Positions 6,331-12,384 of a DNA stretch of 12,384 nucleotides are shown piece by piece; positions within the stretch are counted from its first letter, which is position 1, and each line of letters starts with the position of its first letter. The notes under the pieces were generated by a model. That model did no database searches and was not told the DNA's origin. It saw nothing but the letters and a program-made list of their open reading frames with translations. Source of the stretch: Gemmatimonadaceae bacterium (lineage in GTDB: Bacteria > Gemmatimonadota > Gemmatimonadetes > Gemmatimonadales > Gemmatimonadaceae); contig DATFPD010000082.1 in NCBI GenBank assembly GCA_035265005.1, positions 1 to 12,384 of the forward strand, read 5' to 3'. Position numbers and translations under genes: made by a program.

Positions 6331-6406
6331 ACCGATGGGCGCCCTGTTGCCCGCGCCCGCCTGGTACGCCCCCGCTCCCGCCGCCCTCCTTCGCCAGGGA
6401 CCCCAC

Positions 6407-7483
6407 ATGCCCAGTCACCGTCGCCCCGCCCGGCGCTCGATCGCGCGTGCGCTTTCGCGCGTTCTCGGGCGCTCGCTCCCGTTCGCGCTCGCCTGCCTCG
6501 CCGCCCACGCCGGGGCCGCGCGCGCGCAGGCCCCCGCCGCTGCGGCGACCGCGTCCCCGGCAGCGGGCGCCACCGGCGCCACCGGGTTCGACCGCGGCGT
6601 GCGCGCGTTCGAGGCGCGCCAGTACACGGCCGCGCGCAGCGAGCTGCTGCCGTTCGCGAAGAGCAACCCGCGCCATGCCGGCGCCGCCTACTACCTGGGG
6701 CGCGCCTTCTACGCCGACACGAGCTGGGACGACGCGACGAAGTGGCTGGAGAAGGCGGTCGAGCTCGAGCCGCAGAGCTCGCAGTACCACCTCTGGCTCG
6801 GAAATGCGTACGGCGCGCAGGCGCAGCGCGCCAACAAGCTGCGGCAGGGCTTCGTCGCCAAGAAGGTGAAGAACGAGTTCGAGCGCGCGGCGGCGCTGGA
6901 CCCGAACAACCTCGACGCGCGCGAGGGGCTGATGCAGTTCTACCTCCAGGCGCCCGGCTTCATGGGCGGCAGCGTCGACAAGGCGAAGGCGGAAGTCGCC
7001 GAGATCGCGCGGCGCAGCCCCTACCGCGGCCACTTCGCGTCGGCGACGCTCTACCGGCGGCAGAAGGACACGGCCGCGGCCGGACGCGAGTGGCAGCAGC
7101 TGGTCCGGGACTTCCCCGACAGCGCCGCCGGCTACTACAACCTCGCCGGCTACTACCAGTCCGGCGGCCAGGTGGACAAGGCCTTCGCCACGCTCGACGA
7201 GCTGCGCCAGCGCCGCCCGAAGGACATGGCCGCGGTCTACTCGGTCGGGCGCCTCGGCGCCGCCACCGGGCAGCAGCTCGACCGCGCCGAGCAGTCGCTC
7301 AGGGCCTACCTCCAGTACGCGCCCGGACCTAACGAGCCGACCCACGCCGGCGCGCACTGGCGGCTGGGGCAGATCCACGAGAAGCGCGGGGACAAGGCCG
7401 CCGCGCGCGCCGAGTACGAGACGGCGCTGCGGATGGACCCCAAGCTCAAGGGCGCGCAGGAGTCGCTCAAGGCGCTGAAATGA
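6407..7483 (+). CDS. secreted tetratricopeptide-repeat (TPR) protein with N-terminal signal peptide
   Basis: ORF 6335..7483 trimmed to ATG at 6407 (MPSHRRPARRSIARALSRVLGRSLPFALACLAAHAGAARA|QAP). TPR-like helical repeats throughout (YYLGRAFY, WLGNAYG, YYNLAGYY, WRLGQIHEKRGDKAAARAEYETALRMDP). The stop overlaps the next start (ATGA at 7480-7483). Confidence 0.7.
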   Translation: MPSHRRPARRSIARALSRVLGRSLPFALACLAAHAGAARAQAPAAAATASPAAGATGATGFDRGVRAFEARQYTAARSELLPFAKSNPRHAGAAYYLGRAFYADTSWDDATKWLEKAVELEPQSSQYHLWLGNAYGAQAQRANKLRQGFVAKKVKNEFERAAALDPNNLDAREGLMQFYLQAPGFMGGSVDKAKAEVAEIARRSPYRGHFASATLYRRQKDTAAAGREWQQLVRDFPDSAAGYYNLAGYYQSGGQVDKAFATLDELRQRRPKDMAAVYSVGRLGAATGQQLDRAEQSLRAYLQYAPGPNEPTHAGAHWRLGQIHEKRGDKAAARAEYETALRMDPKLKGAQESLKALK

Positions 7484-9813
7484 CGAGCAGCGCGCGGCGG
7501 CTGCTGCTCTGGCTCACGCTCCTCTGCTCGCTCGCGCCGGCGGCGGCCGCCCGCGCCCAGGGCACGATCGCCGGGACGGTGAGCGACTTCGACCGCGGCG
7601 CGCCGATCTCCGACGTGCGCGTGGTGGTGAGCGGGCCGGCGACGACGCGGACGGTGAGCAGCGACGCGCAGGGGCGCTACGTCGTGCGCGGGGTCCCGGC
7701 GGGCACCTACACCCTGGCGGTCCACCGCATCGGGTATTCGGCGCAGCGAGCCGTCGACATCGTGGTGCGCGACGGGGAGTCGACCCCGGTCGACCTGCTG
7801 CTCTCCGCCGTCCCGGTGCCGCTCTCGGCGGTCGTCGTGACCCCGGGGACGTTTGGCGTGATGTACGAGAACCTCGCCGCGCCGCAGTCGCTCACGCGCG
7901 AGGACATCGAGACGCGCCCGCAGCTCGGCGAGGACGTCTACCGCTCGGTCACCCGGCTCCCCGGGATCTCGTCCAACGAGTACTCGGCGAAGTTCCGCGT
8001 GCGCGGCGGCGGGAACAACGAAATGCTGGTCCTGCTGGACGGGCTGGAGCTCTACGAGCCGTTCCATCTCAAGGACCTCGACGGCGCGCTGTCGATCATC
8101 GACGTGCAGGCGATCGGCGGGGTGGACGTTACCACGGGCGGCTTCTCGGCGGAGTACGGCGACCGCCTGACCGGCGTGTTCGACGTGCGCACGCTCGACG
8201 CGCCGGCGGGCGGGCGGACGCGCACCGAGCTGGGGCTGAGCGTCACCAACGCGCGCCTGCTCAACCGCGGGGACTTCGCGGGCGGGCGCGGGCGGTGGCT
8301 GGTGAGCGCGCGGCGCGGCTACCTGGACGTCGTGCTCAAGCTGATCGGCGAGGACGACGACCTCAACCCTCGCTACTACGACGCGCTGGCGAAGGTGGAG
8401 TACCAGCTCGGGGACGCCCACACCGTCTCGGCGCACCTGCTGCGCGCGGGCGACAGGCTGCGCTTCGTCGAGGACCCCGGCTCCCACCTGACGAGCGGCT
8501 ACGGCAACACGTACGGCTGGGTCACCTGGCGCGCCACGTTCGAGCGGCTGACCGCGCAGCACGTGCTCTCGGCCGGCGCACTCTCCTGGGATCGCGACGC
8601 CGTCGACCTGTTCAACGACCGCGTCCCCCGGGCCACGGTGCGCGACGACCGGAGCTTCCGCTTCGTCGGGCTGCGGGAGGACGCGAGCTTCGAGCTGGGC
8701 GCGCGGTCGCTCCTCAAGTGGGGCTTCGACGCGAAGCTCCTGGACGCGCGCTACGACTACGGGCACACGCTGGTGCGCGAGCGCGCGAACGGCGGGCAGG
8801 GCGCGCCGACCCGCACCGACACCACGCTCGCCGCACTCGACCCGTCGGGCAGCGAGCTCGGCGCCTACGCCGCGGCGCGCGTACGCCCGCTCCCGCCGCT
8901 GGTGATCGAGGCCGGCGCGCGCTACGACCGGCAGTCGTACACGGGCGACGCCGCCGCCAGCCCGCGACTCAACGCGTCGTACGCCGTGGGGCGCGGGCCG
9001 AACCCGCTGACGCTCCGCGCCGCGTGGGGACGCTACTCCCAGTCGCAGGGGATCCACGAGATCCAGGTGCAGGACGGCGAGACGGCGTTTCAGCGCGCCG
9101 ACCTGGCCGAGCACCGCGCGCTCGGCGCCGAGCGCGGGTTCTGGGGGACGCGAGTGCGCGTGGAGGCCTACCAGCGCCGGATGCCGCGCCTGCGCGAGCG
9201 GTGGGTGAACCTGGACGGCGGGGTCGAGCTGCTCCCCGAGGTGGAGGAGGACCGCGTGCGCATCGCGCCCGGCGAGGGCGACGCGCGCGGCGTCGAGCTG
9301 TTCGTGCAGCGCGAGCCGGGGCGCGGCGCCTTCCAGTGGTCGGGGAGCTACGCCATCGCCCGCGCCGAGGACCGCGTGGGGGGGACGACCGTGCCGCGCG
9401 AGCTGGACCAGCGGCACACCCTCTACCTCGACGTCGCCTACCGCCCGCGCGCGAAGTGGCTGCTCAGCGCGGCGTGGCTGTCCCACACCGGCTGGCCGAC
9501 CACGAAGTCCGAGTTCGCGTTCGAGCAAGTGTCCGCGACCGGCTACCGCCTGACGCGGACGTACGGCCCGCTGTACGGCGAGCGGCTGCCGGCCTACCGG
9601 CGGCTGGACGTGCGGGCGACGCGGCAGTTCGCGCTCGGCCGCGGCGGCCGGGTGGCGGTCTTCCTCGACGTCTTCAACGCCCTCGGCCGCGACAACCCGC
9701 AGAGCTTCAACTACTTCGTCCGCGGCAGCCCGCCCGGCGCCCCCGTCGTCAGGCGCGAGATCGAGCCGCTCCTGCCGCGGCTGCCGAGCCTGGGGGCGAG
9801 CTGGGAATTCTGA
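7480..9813 (+). CDS. TonB-dependent outer-membrane receptor with N-terminal carboxypeptidase-regulatory-like domain and plug domain
   Basis: ORF 7480..9813 (777 aa). Signal peptide MTSSARRLLLWLTLLCSLAPAAAARAQG. CarbopepD_reg-like motif TIAGTVSD...RGVPAGTYTL. Plug motifs RLPGISSNEYSAKFRVRGGGNNEMLVLLDGLELYEP. C-terminal barrel closes with a terminal aromatic residue (...SWEF). Confidence 0.85.
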   Translation: MTSSARRLLLWLTLLCSLAPAAAARAQGTIAGTVSDFDRGAPISDVRVVVSGPATTRTVSSDAQGRYVVRGVPAGTYTLAVHRIGYSAQRAVDIVVRDGESTPVDLLLSAVPVPLSAVVVTPGTFGVMYENLAAPQSLTREDIETRPQLGEDVYRSVTRLPGISSNEYSAKFRVRGGGNNEMLVLLDGLELYEPFHLKDLDGALSIIDVQAIGGVDVTTGGFSAEYGDRLTGVFDVRTLDAPAGGRTRTELGLSVTNARLLNRGDFAGGRGRWLVSARRGYLDVVLKLIGEDDDLNPRYYDALAKVEYQLGDAHTVSAHLLRAGDRLRFVEDPGSHLTSGYGNTYGWVTWRATFERLTAQHVLSAGALSWDRDAVDLFNDRVPRATVRDDRSFRFVGLREDASFELGARSLLKWGFDAKLLDARYDYGHTLVRERANGGQGAPTRTDTTLAALDPSGSELGAYAAARVRPLPPLVIEAGARYDRQSYTGDAAASPRLNASYAVGRGPNPLTLRAAWGRYSQSQGIHEIQVQDGETAFQRADLAEHRALGAERGFWGTRVRVEAYQRRMPRLRERWVNLDGGVELLPEVEEDRVRIAPGEGDARGVELFVQREPGRGAFQWSGSYAIARAEDRVGGTTVPRELDQRHTLYLDVAYRPRAKWLLSAAWLSHTGWPTTKSEFAFEQVSATGYRLTRTYGPLYGERLPAYRRLDVRATRQFALGRGGRVAVFLDVFNALGRDNPQSFNYFVRGSPPGAPVVRREIEPLLPRLPSLGASWEF

Positions 9814-9816
9814 ACG

Positions 9817-9846
9817 GCGATTCGCGGTGCGCGATTCGCGAATTGC
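9817..9846. terminator. hairpin between convergent TonB-receptor and flotillin genes (10-bp stem incl. one G-U, 10-nt loop); weak T-rich tail ttgctcttacttcc
   Basis: gcgattcgcg (9817-9826) pairs with cgcgaattgc (9837-9846). It contains the direct repeat gcgattcgcg twice and the palindrome attcgcgaat. Confidence 0.4.
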
Positions 9847-9848
9847 TC

Positions 9849-11615
9849 TTACTTCCTCACCGGACTCACGCCGGGATCGGGAACGCCGTTACTCGTCGGA
9901 AGCTCACGGGCGCCGCCGCCGTCGCCGTTCGTCGGCTCCGGCACGTCGGCCACCATCTTCCCCATGTAGCTCGGCAGCTCGACGCCGGCGATGTCGCGCA
10001 GCACCTGCATCATCGGCGGCAGCGAGCGGCTCATGCTCTGGAGGAAGTTGCCCGTCGCGCTGGAGCCGTTGCCGGCGCCGTTGCCGCCGCCCTCCCAGAC
10101 GACGACCTTGTCGAACTTGATGTTCGAGATCGCGGTCGCCGCCGTCTGGGCGAGCATCGGCATCTGCTCGACCATCATGAGCTGGAACGCCTCCTTCGCG
10201 CCGCCGGCCTTTTCCACCAGCTGGCCTAACGCCTCGGCGCGCTTGGCGAGGATCTCGTACTGGCCGCGGGCCTCGGCCTCGAGCTTGACGTAGATCGCCC
10301 GCGCCTCGGCCTCGGCCTCGATCCGGCGCCGCTCGGCGGCCGCCTCGGCCTCGACGATCGTCTTCGCCTTCTCGGCCTTGGCCGGCGCCTCGAGGGCGGC
10401 GCGCTGCTCCGCCTCGACCCGCTCGGCCTCGGCCAGCGCGGCGCGCGCCATCGCGCGGTTCTGCGCCTCCTGCACCGCCGCCTCGGCCTCGCGCTTGCGC
10501 GTCTCCGAGACCTGGTACGCCTCCGCCTGCTTGACCATCAGCTCGGCGCGCGTGGCGGCGACCATCGCCTGCGACTGCGCCTCGCCGGCCTGCGCGCGGG
10601 CGTCGGCGTTGGCGACGGCGACGCGCTTCTTCTGCTCCGCCTCCTTCACCATCGCGTCCCGCTCGAACGCTGCCGTCTGCTCGGCGATGCGCTGCTCCTT
10701 GTCGTACTGGGCGATCTTGATCGCCTGCTCGCGCTGCGCCTCCTTGACCTGCGCCTCGCGCTCCAGCATGGCGCGCTGCTCGCCGACCTGCTGCTCCTTG
10801 TCCAGCTCGGCCACGCGCACCGCCTGCTCGCGCTTGTTCTCGCGCAGCCCGATCTCGCGCAGCTTCTCGGTCTCCGCGACCTGCACCAGCCGCTCGCGCG
10901 CCGCGATCGCGACGCGGATCTCGCCCAGCTTCTCCTGCTCGGCCACGTCGCCGCGCGCCTGCTGCACGGCCTGCGAGGCGGCCTGGCGCCCCATCGCCTC
11001 CAGGTAGCCGGCGGAGTCCTTGAGGTCCTTGATGTTCACGTTGATCAGCACGAGACCGAGCTTCTTGAGCTCGGGCTCGAGCTGGTGCTGCACCTTGTGC
11101 AGGAAGGCGTCGCGGTCGCGGTTAATCTCGTCGATCCGCATCGACGCGATCACCTGCCGCAGCTGGCCGACGATGATGTCGTGCGCCGCTTCCTCGATCT
11201 GCTTGTGGTTCATGTTGAGCAGGCGCATCGCGGCGTTCTGCCGCACCTCGGGCTCGGTGCCGATGGCGACCGTGAAGACGCTCGGCACGCTGACGCGGAT
11301 GTTCTCGAGCGAGAGGGCGTCCGAGAGCGGCACGTCCATGCGGATCGGCTCCAGGCTCATGTAGTCGTACTCCTGGATCACCGGCCACACGAACGCGCCG
11401 CCGCCCGAGATGCACTTGGCCGCATTTCCGCCGCCGACCTTGCCCGAGATCACGAGGATCTGGTTGGCGGGGCAGCGCTTGTAGCGCGAGACGAAGAGCA
11501 GGAGCAGGGAGAGCAGGACGACCGCGGCGAGGGCCACGCCGCCGAGCGCCCAGATCTGCGGCCCCCCGAAGTCGACGGGGGTCGTCTGCAGGAGGGCGAG
11601 GCTAGCGCGCATCAT
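9849..11615 (-). CDS. flotillin-family protein (SPFH/band-7 domain with long Glu/Ala-rich coiled coil), FloT/YqiK-like
   Basis: ORF 9849..11615 (588 aa). N-terminal membrane anchor LGGVALAAVVLLSLLLLFV. SPFH core VISGKVGG...FVWPVIQEYDYMSLEPIRMDV. Extensive EAQ/EAE heptads and a C-terminal flotillin tail. Confidence 0.9.
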   Translation of the reverse strand: MMRASLALLQTTPVDFGGPQIWALGGVALAAVVLLSLLLLFVSRYKRCPANQILVISGKVGGGNAAKCISGGGAFVWPVIQEYDYMSLEPIRMDVPLSDALSLENIRVSVPSVFTVAIGTEPEVRQNAAMRLLNMNHKQIEEAAHDIIVGQLRQVIASMRIDEINRDRDAFLHKVQHQLEPELKKLGLVLINVNIKDLKDSAGYLEAMGRQAASQAVQQARGDVAEQEKLGEIRVAIAARERLVQVAETEKLREIGLRENKREQAVRVAELDKEQQVGEQRAMLEREAQVKEAQREQAIKIAQYDKEQRIAEQTAAFERDAMVKEAEQKKRVAVANADARAQAGEAQSQAMVAATRAELMVKQAEAYQVSETRKREAEAAVQEAQNRAMARAALAEAERVEAEQRAALEAPAKAEKAKTIVEAEAAAERRRIEAEAEARAIYVKLEAEARGQYEILAKRAEALGQLVEKAGGAKEAFQLMMVEQMPMLAQTAATAISNIKFDKVVVWEGGGNGAGNGSSATGNFLQSMSRSLPPMMQVLRDIAGVELPSYMGKMVADVPEPTNGDGGGARELPTSNGVPDPGVSPVRK

Positions 11616-12180
11616 TGAGCAGCTCCGATGTAGAAGGGGTGCCGACGACTTCGACGGTGTCCGGGCTCACCACGTCGACGACGATGACATCGGCCCCCGT
11701 GGGGAGGGCCGCCCGGTCGGCGGTGACCGCCTGGTACTCGACCGTGCGCTCGCGCAGGGTGATGTGCACCTTCCCCTTGCCGGCGCGCGCGCCGGGGACG
11801 GTGAGGTAGACGCGGGCGCTCTGGCCGAGCGCCTCCTCGACGTGCACGGCGGCGTCGCCCTCCAGGCGCAGCATCGCGCGCATGGCGGCGGCGACGCCGA
11901 GCATCGCCCCGCCGCCCACCGCGAGCGCGGCGGGGGTGGCGACCCAGGCGTCGGCGCCGGCGGCGGAGAGGGCGGCCCCGGCGACGCCGAAGAAGGCGAC
12001 GCCGGCGGCGATCGCGCGCACGCTCAGCAGGTTGAGCCCCTCGGCCTCGCCGTACCCGTGCGCCAGCTCGTGGTCCCCGGCGCCGTCCGCGCCGTGGTCC
12101 GCGCCGGCGATGCCGAGCAGGAGCTGGGCGACGAGCACCACGCCGCCGACGACGGCGCAGGCGACGAACAGAGTGTGCAT
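11602..12180 (-). CDS. NfeD-like / YqiJ-YuaF-like membrane protein (TM helices + C-terminal OB-fold) encoded upstream of and overlapping the flotillin gene
   Basis: ORF 11602..12210 trimmed to ATG at 12180 (MHTLFVACAVVGGVVLVAQLLLGIAG, immediate TM helix; GGAG ~10 nt upstream). C-terminus GQSARVYLTVPGARAGKGKVHITLRERTVEYQAV...DVIVVDVV is an NfeD-type OB-fold. It overlaps the flotillin start by 14 nt. Confidence 0.75.
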   Translation of the reverse strand: MHTLFVACAVVGGVVLVAQLLLGIAGADHGADGAGDHELAHGYGEAEGLNLLSVRAIAAGVAFFGVAGAALSAAGADAWVATPAALAVGGGAMLGVAAAMRAMLRLEGDAAVHVEEALGQSARVYLTVPGARAGKGKVHITLRERTVEYQAVTADRAALPTGADVIVVDVVSPDTVEVVGTPSTSELLNDAR

Positions 12181-12212
12181 AACGCGGGGGGACTCCACTG
12201 GTTGCGTCACAC

Positions 12213-12238
12213 TACGGGCGCGCGGCGCGCCGCGTTTC
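12213..12238 (-). promoter_or_regulatory. candidate ECF-sigma-type promoter GAAAC-N17-CGTA (minus strand) upstream of the nfeD-flotillin operon
   Basis: The minus strand reads gcGAAACgcggcgcgccgcgcgccCGTAgt, with -35 at 12238-12234 and -10 at 12216-12213. It is ~33 nt upstream of the ATG at 12180. The spacer contains the palindrome ggcgcgcggcgcgcc. Confidence 0.35.
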
Positions 12239-12304
12239 GCCCGGCGGAGGCCGCGCTCCCCCTTGAACTTACGCCCTCCCCCCGCTACACGCCAACCGCC
12301 CGCC

Positions 12305-12371
12305 AGGCCCGGCGCGTCGCCGGCCGGCGGGCGCGGCCGCCCGGCCCGCCGGCCGGCGACGCGCCGGGCCT
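12305..12371. repeat. perfect 28-bp GC-only inverted repeat with 11-nt loop
   Basis: aggcccggcgcgtcgccggccggcgggc (12305-12332) is the exact reverse complement of gcccgccggccggcgacgcgccgggcct (12344-12371). Loop is gcggccgcccg. Confidence 0.6.
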
Positions 12372-12384
12372 AACGACCCTTGCC

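Noticed and set aside
6224-7378. 384-aa minus ORF, plus 6252..6869 + and 6742..7332 + ORFs
   Set aside because: Overlap the TPR protein gene, which has a signal peptide and repeated TPR motifs. Arg/Gly/Pro-rich artefacts.
7306-9528. 740-aa minus ORF and 8295..10229 + 644-aa ORF
   Set aside because: Both lie over the TonB-dependent receptor gene (plug, barrel and C-terminal Phe all intact in the + frame at 7480..9813). They are Arg-rich, low-complexity alternate frames.
10378-11618. Several + strand ORFs (209, 114 and 177 aa) across the flotillin gene
   Set aside because: Antisense to a 588-aa flotillin with an unmistakable SPFH domain and coiled coil. Ala/Ser/Cys-rich mirror-image translations of the EA-repeat region.
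1-12384. Mobile element, prophage or integron content
   Set aside because: No transposase, integrase, recombinase, phage structural genes or attachment-site-like direct repeats flanking a block were found. GC content is uniform apart from short intergenic dips.

Overview
High-GC (~70%) bacterial chromosomal segment from a diderm organism (a TonB-dependent receptor is present). I see no rRNA or tRNA genes, no CRISPR array and no transposase or integrase gene. Gene order: cardiolipin synthase (-, partial) | GNAT acetyltransferase (-) | TetR regulator (+, apparently leaderless from a near-consensus sigma70-type promoter) -> ECF sigma factor (+) | strong hairpin | Crp/Fnr-family regulator (+) | 118-bp hairpin built from tandem heptamer repeats | CGNR/ABATE zinc-finger regulator (-) <-> small Lys/Gly-rich basic protein + hotdog thioesterase (+) | TPR secreted protein + TonB-dependent receptor (+, ATGA-coupled) | flotillin + NfeD-like membrane protein (-, overlapping operon) | GC-only 28-bp perfect inverted repeat at the window end. 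Most other large ORFs in the supplied track are Arg/Ala/Gly-rich alternate-frame artefacts of high GC content lying over these genes. The most interesting signals are non-coding. One is the long repeat-built hairpin between two convergent regulator genes. The other is a pair of identically spaced ECF-type promoter motifs (AAAC-N17-CGT) in front of the nfeD-flotillin and TPR-TonB receptor operons. Together with the orphan ECF sigma gene, these suggest a local envelope-stress regulon analogous to the Bacillus sigmaW yuaF-floT circuit. I cannot assert a clearly novel protein-coding system from sequence alone.
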